Shown here one piece after another: positions 21,995-34,200 of a stretch of 64,000 bases of DNA. This stretch comes from Paraspadella gotoi (lineage: Eukaryota; Animalia; Chaetognatha). The DNA is taken from assembly GCA_051294375.1 (NCBI GenBank), contig CM119265.1, forward strand, positions 16,498,005-16,562,004, read 5' to 3'. A program made the translations under genes and the position numbers. Under the pieces are notes generated by a model. It worked only from the letters and a program-made list of their open reading frames with translations, was not told the origin of the DNA and ran no database searches. Every line of letters starts with the position of its first letter. Within the stretch, counting starts at the first letter, position 1.

Positions 21995-24791
21995 TTATGT
22001 GTCTGGAGAGTCACTTTTTTTTGTCTCTTCTAATCTCAGGGATTTGAGTAAATGATAATCGAGAAAAGAGTTGTGCGCGCTGGACAATATTGGAACGAAG
22101 AAGGCCCTCCAGTACGGATGGGAGTTGGCGGCGTCAAGAAATTTTTGGCTGAAGACGCTCCTCCACTCATCGGTTTTTTCGGAGTATCGAGGTTCCGACG
22201 AGGAATCGCCACCAGGGGGCGAATCGAGGTCGACCAAAAAGTCGCAAGTGCTGACGTTAACGTAACGGGACGGTTCCTGAATCAATGGGCAGGGAAAGGT
22301 GGTTGCTTATTGGTTATTATGTGAAAATTTCGCACAAAGCTCATTGTATTCGCGTTAAAACCTCCAAATTCTGGTCATTCATGTTGTCAGGGACGATTTT
22401 TGATCCTCGAGGAGGTGGGGCCTCGTAAAGGCCCGGCAGCTGCGCACGGAATTCGGAGCGAACGAACCGAAACTCCCACTGATCCGTAGGAAGAAAGAAA
22501 GAGGATGGGAATCGGTGCCACTCTTTGCCAGCGCAGACACGGATCGGGCGTGGGCTCGTAGTCGGAGGATTCTCTCGATAGAGGGAGTGTAGTTGCATGT
22601 AGACGTCCATTGGCGCGTGATAATTTTGATAAAGGGCCACGCATCGCAAGGTTCCCATAGTTATGTAAGCGAAAATGAAAGCTGGGATAAGAAAAAAACG
22701 GTTATTTATAAACGAAACTCACCAAGAAAGAAAAAATAAAGAAGACAGAAAAAGGAAGAGGGGAAAGGGAAAAGGGGAAAAAAAGGGGGAAAGCATATTT
22801 ATCTATTTATTTTATTTAATTATAATGAAGCAAAATTTATAATTGTTGGTTTGTAATCACAAGGATATTGACGAAGAGCTTAAAGTCTGGATTAAACATG
22901 TCTAATTAGTTTTCAATAAGAAAGTATTTAATTGCACATACGATTAAGTTTTTAAAACTTTTTTTTAGTTTAGACATTTGTTAGTCATTTATTCCTACCA
23001 GTCGGAAGCCAATTCGTGCCGACCGTGTAGTGAGTTTTGAGATCCTTGAGTGAGGGCAGGGTGTGAGCTAATAGACGTTGCCCAGAATCGAGAGCCGACG
23101 CGGCGGCGAACAAAATGAGTGGGTAGATAGGAAAGAGAAACCTTTCCTCCTTCAATGTGAAAAAAAAAAACCGAAATTTAACCAAAAAGCAAATAATCAC
23201 TAAAATCATTGCTACCTCGATACGAATGGGTTTAAAAATTACCTTGTGAGGTCTCGTGACGAAAATGAAAAACAAGAGATACATTGGCAGCAACAATAAC
23301 CAAAAAGGAACTTGATTAACGTTGCATGTTGAACACTTGCTTCTACGTATTACAAAAAAAAAATTCTCGTAACAAAGCGCTAGGAGTGTTGATAAATGTT
23401 TTTTTAAAAACGTATTTATTAGTAGTACCTCAAATTGCTGGTAGACCGCACAGAGGAACCGTGAAATTCAGAATGTTTTTTTCGTAAAAAGGACTGAATG
23501 GCTGAGCAAATGGGGACCGAGGCGAAGGACAATGGAAACGCCAGATTGAAGTTAAGCAGGCCGTTTTTTAAATAAAATGTCCAAGGTTCCACCCCGTAAA
23601 TATCTAAAGAATGGAGCGACAAAAATTTCACACAAATTTTACTTCTTGGAATAAAATAAAATTGATTTCAAACCTGGTCCATGAGGGGTAAATACGTTGT
23701 ACAAAATTATGTTGAACGGGGCCACTACGAGTTTCCCGTAATAGTACGCATCAATCATCACCATAGGAACAGCGCAGAGAAAACCCGCCACGAGCGACCA
23801 CTGTTTTTAAAGAGAATGGTGTTACTTGACTTTAAACCTTTCATATAAATTTTTAATAAGATCTTGCCTTCAAAAAGTAGAAGACGTCTCTCTTTCTAAA
23901 GACGAGATCTACAGCGACATGAAGACCAGTAAAAGCGGCAAAGGGCCAGCCAAGCAACGCGCCCGCGGCGGTGGCAGCGATAGCCATGCGGAGGTGAGAC
24001 TGAATAAAAGCCGAGGTAGCCACCATTGTCGTATACATAGCGAATGAAGATGGCAAGTAGGCCGTCGAGGAAATAAACATCCCGGGACTGAGAAAAGATA
24101 TTCATTCGATCACTCTTTATGATTAACAATTTAGCATTGCTGCACAAAAGCGATTGGAACAGTAGCCTACCCACCTGAAAAGCATCAGCAGAAGCAATAT
24201 TCTCCCAGTCTGCGATCCGTAATGTCGCACGACGCCTTTATAAAAGTATGCTTCTGAAGCTGCAGAAGCAAGCCCGAGCATGCAGCGCAGCGCGTAAAAG
24301 ACGAGAAGTTTGTTGCCTTGCAGCAGCGTTTCGTAGATCCACAAAGGGAAAGCGTGGATCCAGACGTACGCATAAGAGCGAAGGGCGTAGGCGGGCGAGT
24401 ATTCCCAAGTCTGAAAACCGGAGCCATGGAGGACAAAGTGAGTGGGCTCCCAGTAGTTATAAGTCTCATCGCAGTCGGAAACGTTTGTCCACACGCCAGC
24501 GCAGAGTCGGGCGGACAAAAGAACTTTGAACGCAGTGTAGACTGTGGGAGTCCACGGCGCAGAGCTGAAAATATAAAAGGTAAGAGGTAAAAATAAAATC
24601 ACGGGAGGGAAATGATGTCACGAGACACTAACTCACTGGCCATGAGAGGATGTTACGGCGCAGGTGGCGCTATGGCTGCCGGATTGGGAAGCGACGACAC
24701 GAAATTTCTTATCAATTTTGCTTCGATCGTCCGACGGTGACGTTGTCGGCGATGTAGCCGAAGGAGGCACATTTTTACGGCGGTTAACCAT
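21995..24791 (-). CDS. ALG9: Alpha-1,2-mannosyltransferase ALG9
   Basis: SDCDETYNYWEP, GFQTWEYSPAYALRSY, STAYLPSSFAMY, GWPF, HKEERFLFPIYP and GKEWHRFPSSFFLP. Confidence 0.96.
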
Positions 24792-24924
24792 ATTGAGAAT
24801 TAATTTTTCTTAATCCTTTTTTTCTCGGTTTATTCTCGTCATTTTTTCAGCAATCAATAGAAAAAAACTATCACTGTCGTACGCTTAATAAAATATCAAT
24901 TATAATGACTAGGAGTCAATATAA

Positions 24925-25195
24925 GAAGCATCTATGGCAATAGCCGGATTGCCTGTGATGCCCATTAGGATGGGGCATCTCACTGTTGACTTTAGGGGCT
25001 TCCGACCCTCAGTGAAGCCTCCTGTCACTGGCACGGTTACCCTAGGACGGTCTCGCTTTGATAACGCAGAGGGAAGTTGTTAGCAATGTGGATGGAACGC
25101 AACGCTTGTGATGGTGCGTTCCCCCTCTGAGCCAATGGGATTGGCTGAACGATGGTGGATGTGAGGCGGTGTGAATATACTGCCACACATCTTTA
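24925..25195 (-). ncRNA. tRNA-headed structured element with twister-ribozyme-like core, copy 1 (SINE-like)
   Basis: Minus strand has the A-box-like TGGCTCAGAGG, then UAA-CCGU-GC, hairpin cagtga/tcactg, stem AGGG-UCGGAAGC-CCCU and gggcatcaca. It is colinear with 58372-58640 (+). Confidence 0.6.
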
Positions 25196-25253
25196 CTGAA
25201 ATAGAAGACATAGTAATATTTAAGTAATGAATATTTCTGGCCAAGCGAACAAT

Positions 25254-25993
25254 TCAAGACAGGTCTTTCGGGTTAAAATGATTGACGACGTTCAAAATCC
25301 ACGGCGAGGGATTGTTCCTGTTCGAGTAGTCCCTGTAAAACCTGTAATTGCAAAGCATCGGCTTTTCGGCGGCTTCAGTAAGCGTAATCGCCGTTAAATC
25401 TTGAGGCTCAATAATAGCGTAGGACATCATAATTTCTACGGCGCGGAGTCCCGTCATCTCGTCCTCGATGATTCCGATGCAGGACATAACGTTTGATCGA
25501 ATGGCCTCTTCGCTGGACACGAGCAACTGGCGGCGTTGCCATGTCGTGAGGCGCCCGTGGTTGTGCTTAATCTCGTCAAAGGCTTTGGGGTCAACGAGGC
25601 CCTCGGTACGGAGAGGCTCCACGTCGTCCGAGGCCAAGATGCTAGAGACGGTGAGCAGGGACATGAAGGCGCCCCTCTTGAAGGCCTCGATCGAAAAGTC
25701 GGAGTCGTAGCGGTGCTGATGTATTTTTCGAAGAACTTGTTCTTCAGATTCGTCGACAGAACAGAAAAGATGCTAGGAACGACCTTGGGGTGGTCCATCA
25801 GCGAAATCCCGAGGCAAGAGTTTTGCCGACTGAAAAATCGGATGGGTCGCCAGTTGGCGGCGGAATTTAGGGATTCGGGGAAGCGGATCCATAAGGGAGC
25901 GGCGTTGCGGGAAAGAGCGGGGAAAGGCAAAATCGACTGACGGCCGTGGCAGCTCATACGCATGGTTCGCTGCGACAACTGAGGAAGCGCCAT
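25254..25993 (-). CDS. MAIP1: m-AAA protease-interacting protein 1 (TIM44-like), intronless, with apparent 1-nt frameshift near 25720
   Basis: An Arg-rich mitochondrial presequence is in one frame. YDSDFSIEAFKRGA...TVSSIL...NYRFYRDYS...W in the next frame matches MAIP1/C2orf47. Confidence 0.75.
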
Positions 25994-26311
25994 GACTCGA
26001 CTGCTACAAGAAAACTTTAAACAAATTGAATGTAGTTAATAATTGCTTGTAGATATTTTATACTTGTGTATTAATTAGAAATTATGTATACAAATTTTGC
26101 ATAATTTAAAAAAGAAAACAGATTTTTGTATGGCAAAAAAAATAAATTCACCGGTATTATCGTACAATGCATATTGCATAACCATAAAATTTTATGAAAA
26201 AAATATTTTAAAAAAGCTAGTAATTTATAATGGATGATTGCTGTAATCAGGTAACAAATAAAGTATTAGGTACAAAATAATTTTAATGCAACAATGTCGC
26301 AAGTTACTGGG

Positions 26312-28103
26312 TCAGTTACCGTTCAGTAGCGTCGAGTCAAAAAACGCTATGCATCCTGCGACAGGACATCGAGTTTGGAATCGGCCCTTAACCAAGTCGG
26401 CATATACCAGATCCCGCATGGCATTTTTCTCAACCCTATGGCCACAGTCGGGATTTAAAACGGCGTCTATAAAGGGCTTTCGAGTCACGGGGCAGCGGCG
26501 GGAGACGATCTTTGCCACTACGACAACATCGTGATCCCCATCGGGGGCAACAGCGACGTCGTCAACGATTTCCAGGGAGCTTGTGACGTCTGGCGGATCT
26601 TCAGCCAATGACAAGTCATCTTCTTTAGCACTGAAGGAAACGGTCGGGAGCGGAATAGATGAACCAGAATCCTCCGGACACAATTGTCGAAACTTCTTTG
26701 ACTCCTGTCGAGCTGCGTGGCGGTTTTAAATAGTTAGTTAAACATAGAATAAGAGTGTTATTAAAAGTTACAACACTCAAAATAAATAAATCATAACACC
26801 TCGACTGACGTCGTGCAACTTTTCAAGAAGTTTGTTGTTCTTTTTGCGAACTTTCCTTTGGCGATTCCTTGCGCTACGCGATGCTGCAATGAAAACGCCG
26901 CTCTCGGAATCAGAAGCGCTGCTAACCATGGTTACTGTAGAATCCGCGTCGTCTTCAAAGCGAAATATTTGAGATAGGTTAAGAAAAATGCGCATAAATT
27001 TATTGTTATCACTTAGGCTATCTACCTTTCTCAACGTAAACGTCGATGTCGTCTTCGACATCTTCTCTATCTTCCTCTGTAATATTGCTCGCATCGCTGT
27101 CAAACACATGTTTTCTCCGCTTCCCCTTCTTTTTGATGTCTTCTTCATCACATTCCGATTTTGGTCCAGAACTGATGGATCGATGGACTCGATTTAAAGC
27201 TTTCGCCCAAGTTTTGTAGTCCTCATTGTTCCCTTCCGCGACATCACAGTCTGAGGAAGTTTCAGTTGATCTCATTTTGTCAACGTCATAGTTACTTCTT
27301 TTCACTTTCGATTTTATTGCGCATCTCCTTTTCCTTTTGCCTTTTCGGTTTCGGTCCGAATCCGGTCCTTCTGAAACAGAGTCGCTCGATGTTTCGCCGC
27401 TTTTTCTGACCGCGCGATGTACTTTGCATTTTCGCTTTTGTAAATAACGACGCCGTCCTGATCGACGCTCGCTGGATTCCTTACAAAGCTTAGCCATTTT
27501 CTTTGATTTTTTCTTTTTTTTCTTCTTCTTCCTGCGCCCGACATCCTCGTCGTCGATAAACCCCTTCATGTCCAACTCGTCGCTGCCTTCCGTATAATTA
27601 CCGTCTCGCTGGTTGTAAGCAGTGTGGCCCTTGATTAGCTCGAAGCGCAGCTTCGTCGGACGGAGAGAACGAAGTTTGGATGGAGAAACTTTTTCCTTGG
27701 AGATGGCGTCAAAAACGCTCTTTCTCGAGGGAAGGCTAAACTCTTTCTTGTTTCGCAGTCGATGAGATTTCATCAGTCTGGCGGACAACCGAGAACCGGT
27801 ATCAGTTTCTTCATTTGCATCGTCGTCCGCAGCGAAGCGACTTTCGCTCCCAATGCTGCGCGGTAGGTGTGACACCGAGTCATTCGCGGGCCTCTCTCCA
27901 TTTTTTCGCCAAGGGCAGGATTTGCTCCGGAGGGGCGAACGGTTGCGCGAATTGGAAGAAGTAACAGATTCCGAATCAGGTGATCGATTGGAATCTGTTT
28001 CACCTTCGTCAGAGTCCGAATCCAAAATCAGGTTTTTAAACCTCTTTGGTTTTTTCCTTCTTTTACTCCCGACTACGGGAGGGCTATATTCGACATCGGA
28101 CAT
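26312..28103 (-). CDS. Protein with long basic/acidic disordered region and C-terminal NSE2/MMS21-type SP-RING (putative SUMO E3 ligase)
   Basis: Three exons (about 27024-28103, 26799-26954, 26312-26712). The C-terminus CPVTRKPF...NPDCGHRVEKNAM...CPVAGC fits the zf-Nse SP-RING pattern. Confidence 0.7.
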
Positions 28104-28296
28104 GAGTCTAAAAAAAAACAAACAAAAAAACAACAAAATCTCATATGATTAACTGATAACATTAACTAAATTCTAAACACATCCAAAAACAAAGGAAAAA
28201 GTGATTGAAATTCGGAGTAATGTTAAAATTAAATTAAATTACAACAATCATTCAATCAATTACGTCTGCAAAAAGACTTGTAAACGATAAAGATCA

Positions 28297-31200
28297 TCAA
28301 TCAATCAACTGAACAGTCCTGAGGGAGTCTTCGTCATGCATCGAGAGAACAACCCTGGATCCATCGTTGAAGGGATACGAAATTCCGCCGTCGATTACGA
28401 GGCAGGCGTCGAACATCCGTGACCGGACGGATAGCGTTTCGACGAACCCATGTTCGGGATATTGGGAACTAAAATAAGACGAAAGTTAGTAGTACGTCAG
28501 TTAACTTTTTTCTAACTTTAAGCGGCCTCCCCAACAAAAATAACGCTCAAGTAAATACCTGAAAACTCGATTGACGATGGGGTCACGAATGATGTAGGCC
28601 ATCTTTTTCTCAGTCGGGTCGAAAACGAGAGATCGATTGTAGGTTTCCGCGATTCTCTGAAAGAGTCGCTTGTCTTCGGTTGCCGCGAACGCCCCAGGAG
28701 ACTCCCGACGTAAAATTTCTATTATATCCCCCACGTTGTCCGGGGAGAGTTTATGAATGTTAAGGTACCAGGATCCGGATCCTGTGCCTGAAAACGATCA
28801 GTTAGAGAGGGATCATTTTCCGAGCTGCTCATTTCTACTCAACACAAACCTGTCGCAACTACGAGGCCGGAGCATTTATGTTTCAGTCTCGGCTTAGAAT
28901 TTATTCCCATTTCGAAATAGGAGACTCGCGCTGAGACGCTTTCTCCGACGAAGACATCGTTTAAAGCTCGGCAAGGAAGAACCACCCAGTCCTCCGCGGT
29001 AGCAATATCTGACAATCAAAAACATTTCTTTCAAGAAACGGCGGATAGCTTTTGGAAGGTCTTAGTTTACTATTAGGCACTCATGGGTGGGGGGAGGTGT
29101 TTATACGGGCAATTTAAGGGTAACCTTCTTTATGTAGGTTTTTCCGCAATGATCGACAACTAAATTGAGTCGAGTTCTTCTCACAGTTTAGAGATATAGT
29201 TAAGAAATATTTAAAATTAAATATTATGGGCGTATTCAGAGTTTCAGATCAAAATTCGAATAAATGATTGAAATAAAGAACATTGATATAAAATAAAATT
29301 TATTTTTTTAAATTTTCGCAGTAGTGACTGTTGTCCCTATTTAATTTTTTAAAGTTGATTCGAATTTTTAATAAAAAGTTGATCAAAGAATACACGAGTC
29401 TTAATCCAAATTTTATTTAAAAATTAGTTAAAAATTAAAAAAAAAACTATATTTTTTGTACAAAAATTTAATTATAGTAGGGGGAGACTAACTCAGTAAG
29501 GTGGTTAAGGAATTGAATTCAGCACCTGCTCAAACGAAAATTTAGACATTTTTTTAAAAATTTGAATAGACAATTTTTTATTATATACTCCATACTCCAT
29601 ATATTAATTTTTTAATATTTATTTATAAATAGGAAAGGCTAAAAATTTTTTTGGGATTTTTTGATTTTAAGATCAGATTCAGGTAGCTTGCAAAAAGTTG
29701 TCTTCACAAAGTATAATTCTTTTTTCGATATTTTGATCATAAGTATGTGAAAAATATGAAAAACTGTTTATAATCATCATCATCATCATTTTTCGATAAT
29801 TTTATTACTTTTTCTTAATTTTGACCAAGAAAACATAAATATTTTCGAAAGTTGTAGTTTTAATTTTTATTTAACTTTTTATGCTCTCTCAGAATCCATC
29901 AAAAAAAGTTAAGATTGATTAAAAAAATTTTTATCATTATATAGTAATATTGTAATTTTAATAGCAACAATAAAAGCATTAAAATCGAACTTTTTTAAAA
30001 AATTCTTTTTTTACCTAAAAGTAGACTTCAAGACTAAATTTTTGAACCCCCGCCCTATAATTTAATTTCATAGTAGATTTCTAATTATAGGATAATTTTA
30101 TAGAAAAATTATAATTTTAAGATTTTTACCCACTTAACGAAATTTTTTTTAAAAAAAGTTATATTTTCTTTTATCAACTTTTCGAGAGGAATTCGAATCG
30201 AATCAAAACGGAAGATCCGCATTATATCCGTAGTTTCGAAATTTTTTTATCCCTATCTTGCCCTACTAAATTCAACAAGACATGAATTTGGCTTAAAATC
30301 GTTATTCTAATTAAGCTCGTTCAAAAATTTAAAAAATGACATAATCCCAAACCCCAGCCATTCCCATAATTCTCGTTTGATCCATTATGAAAGTTGTCTC
30401 ATGCTAAATCGCTGGTAACATCTGATCTTCCGACACTAGCGGCGGCGCTTGGAACACCCTCTGCTTCTGTCAAGGGTTGACAAATAAAAACCCAAATTAT
30501 AATAGGAGCCGAGTCACCTCAAATTCAACCGAGACATTTTTGGCTAAAAGACGGCTTACGATTTCTTGACGGGTCGGCGTTTCGCGCAGGACTTTTTCTT
30601 TTGAATACCCGCTCGACATCGGCCTTTCCCGTTTTTCTTGCAACCTGGAGGTGGGCGTTTTCAGGAGGAAAGTGACGTACTTAACGAAACTAACCGCCCC
30701 AATCATCTTAGAAAAAGACAAATGCCCACTTTTCCGGTGCTTGATAGACTCGAAGGTGATGGTGACCGACTTGGCCCCGCACGATCGGCAGCACTTTTTT
30801 CGCGAAACCTTCGCCATGGGTTTAGCCTCGTCAGCAGACTAAAAATTGTTATTGGAAAAAATCGTGTTCGAAAGAAAAAATGGAAAAATTGGTTGACGAT
30901 AAACTGAACAAGTAAGTAGTAGTAGTAGGAAGTTTGTTTTTATACGTCTTCATCGTTGTATTCGTCGTCTTCGTGATCGTCATCGTCTTTGCTCGAATCA
31001 TTAGAGCTCACGTATTAGGTATACAATAAAAACAACAACTCATTTTGAGAGTGAGTGGAGGTGGTCGAGATAAAAATGGCGAACAAAATGAGATGAATCC
31101 ATTTATTGAAATCAGAAAAGCGAATGGAATCGAATTGGCTAATTGTACAAAGTGGCATTCATTTTTATATGGCGAGAGAGAGAAAATTTGGTTTACATTT

Positions 31201-34200
31201 GTAAAGTAAACAATTCTAAAAATACTTCCAAATAAGGTAACGTTTTGCGACCGGCGTTTGAACAGAGGGAGCAAAATATTTCTTAGCGGGCATTGGAATT
31301 TTTAAAGAATTCGGCCGGCGATTTTATTTACTTTCTTACTAATAATAATAATCAGGATCTCCACTAGTGATTATAGGTTAACCTTCAAGCATGAAAATAA
31401 TAGAAAGAGTTTCGCAAACTGAGGTCACGTAACTGACCTTCATCCTGAAGATCTGATCTGAATTTTCTCATCAATTTTTGTTTGGTTATTTGCGCTTCTT
31501 TCGTCTGTAAATTATTTTGAACATTTCGAAGTTATTATTTCTTCCCGCAAAACCATTTCTCTAACGGTTCAAACTGACAATTAGAATCGACAAGGAATTT
31601 CAGAATTATCATACTTATGTTAAATTCTGAATCGCAAAGAAAGACCGGGAAACTTTTCCAAGAAATACAAACTTTAAATTCAGCCAATGGGAGTTTGTCT
31701 TCAAAAAGTCAAAAAGAGCCGGCTGTTCCCTCGGCTTGATCCTCGTTTTCGATCGAAACAAAGAGCAGGGGAGAGTATCCGCCAATTTAATTACCCTCAG
31801 TTCAATTCAATTAAGGACTACTAAAAGTATTAGCTTTTTTATGATTGTTGCATAATAATTTACAATTTTTTGATGTTTATTATAATTACGAACTGACGAG
31901 TTTAACCTCATTCAGGTTGTGTGTCATGAAAATATCTTGTAAAAGGGATTTAATGACTAGATAACCTTCAAAATGTTAGAAATGATAAATAATTATTTTT
32001 TGAATTTTTATTTTTAGAATTTTTCTTATCGACCGAGCGAAATGAGTAAAGTTATTTCTTTCGTAGCGGTAATAGGCTTAGCTTATATTATCCTAGACAA
32101 CAATTACGCGAAATGCTTTCGATTACTTTTACTCAATAAAAATTTTTTTATCAATATCCTAACCTTATACTTCTCTCTTAAATATACACCTATTTCGCAT
32201 TAACATAATAGGAACCCCAGCAGCATTCAACGGTTTCCCCGCGTTCGTTATAAAACAAGATTTTTTTTTGTTTCTCTAGGCCGACGTCATTGAGCTGCAG
32301 CCAATCAAAGCTCGAGCCTTTCTATTAAAACAGCTGCTGCTTCAGAGTGGAAAAATTCGCGCGCCCAACCTTTTGTCGCTAACGACGGTTTTCGTATTCC
32401 CTCCAATTTCTCGGTAATCACCTCGACGAAACCTTTAAAAGCCGAGTCCCGCTCCGATCAACCGTCAATGAAAATCGTCGAAACCACACAGTGGGTCAAG
32501 AACAAAATTTGAAGAAAAAAAAACTTCGGCGAAATTTTAAATTTCTTTGACTCAAATATTTTTTTTATTTTTTCGCAATCAAAAATGGACAACGGAAATC
32601 TCATCGGAACCTTTAAAAATGCGAAGATAAACAGCCCCTGCAAAAGTCCATCAAAAAGAAAACCGCTCGGCGAAGTGTCAAATACAGAAAGAAACAGGTG
32701 ACCGGAGATCTTCGCTTTTACAAAAAAAATTATTAATACTATTAATTATTGAGATTTACGTTATATTTGATATCCAATTTTGAAAGTTTCAAAATTACTT
32801 ATTTGATGGCGAAAAAAAAATTTTACGCGCGGAAAAAGTATGAGGACCTTGACGGTAATCGATGTCAAATTAAATATACAGGGTAAACCTATTTGGTGAC
32901 GAGAAAGCGCCCGTCCTGGCCTCGCCCAAAAAATTCAAGGTTTCGGAAGAGAAGCCGGTTTCGGCGGCGGGACTGGAAGAGGAGCCTCTTCTACGCCCCA
33001 ACCCACGGCGGTTCGTAATCCTTCCCATCCAATTTCCCGACATCTGGCAAATGTACAAAAAGGCCGAAGCCTCTTTCTGGACCGTGGAAGAGGTCGATCT
33101 TTCAAAAGATCTCTCTCACTGGCAATCTCTCAAGGTGCGGTAAAAATCGAACAAGTTTAAGAATGTTAAAAAAGTTAATGTATTGACTAACAATCTCATT
33201 CATCACTCCTCTCAGGACGAAGAACGTTACTTTCTCTCCCACGTTCTGGCTTTTTTCGCCGCCAGCGACGGCATCGTCAACGAGAACCTCGTCGAGCGAT
33301 TCATGCAGGAGGTGCAGGTGCCGGAAGCCAGGTGCTTCTACGGTTTTCAAATCGCGATCGAAAACATTCACTCTGAAATGTACAGCCTTCTCATCGATAC
33401 CTACATCAAAGACAACGTTGAAAAGGATAGGCTGTTTAACGCGATCGAAAATTTACCAGGTAAAATTAGAGGAAAACAAGAAATAACAAATCAAAGAAAA
33501 GACAATAGTTGTATTAAACTTAAATTATTTTCTACATTATATATATTCAATAATGCAATATCTACCCCCACCAGCTGTGAAAAAGAAGGCGGACTGGGCG
33601 TTGGCCTGGATCAACTCAGAGAACGCCACCTACGCCGAACGCGTGATCGCTTTCGCCGCCGTCGAGGGCATTTTTTTCTCTGGATCATTCGCCTCCATTT
33701 TCTGGCTGAAGAAGAGAGGACTTATGCCAGGTGCCGGAGAAACCTTCGTCCAGTTCTTTCAATTTCAAAGAGATCCATAACACTTTCCTCTATTCTTCCC
33801 CACAAGGTTTGACGTTTAGCAACGAATTGATCTCGCGAGACGAGGGGCTTCACTGCGACTTCGCCTGCCTCATGTTCAAGCATCTCAAGAACAAACCCTC
33901 ACAGGAAAGAATCCTCGCGATCATTAAGGACGCCGTCAAAATCGAACAAGAGTTCCTAACTGACGCTCTGCCCGTTGCGCTGCTCGGAATGAACTGCGAA
34001 GCCATGAAACAGTAGGAAAAACATTTTTTCTCTCTTTATCTAAAATTGGCCACGCCACAACTAATTTTCTTTAACAATTTTTTCAGATACATTGAATTCG
34101 TCTCGGATAGACTCTTACGCGAACTCGGATGTCCTAACTACTACAATTCCGAAAATCCTTTTGACTTCATGGAGCACATAAGCTTGGAGGGAAAGACCAA

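Noticed and set aside
24925-25195. 7SK, SRP, RNase P/MRP or telomerase RNA identity for the two structured blocks
   Set aside because: Diagnostic motifs (7SK GAUC repeats, SRP helix 8, RNase P/MRP CR-I and CR-V, telomeric template with H/ACA end) were not found on either strand.
28297-29010. Independent gene at 28.3-29.0 kb
   Set aside because: The exons encode the C-terminal half of NADK2 and join in phase to the 35.5-kb exon.
31754-31800. Deu-SINE core fragment (aagagcaggggag...gccaat...ccctca)
   Set aside because: The match is short and recalled from memory, with no flanking SINE head; more likely promoter sequence.
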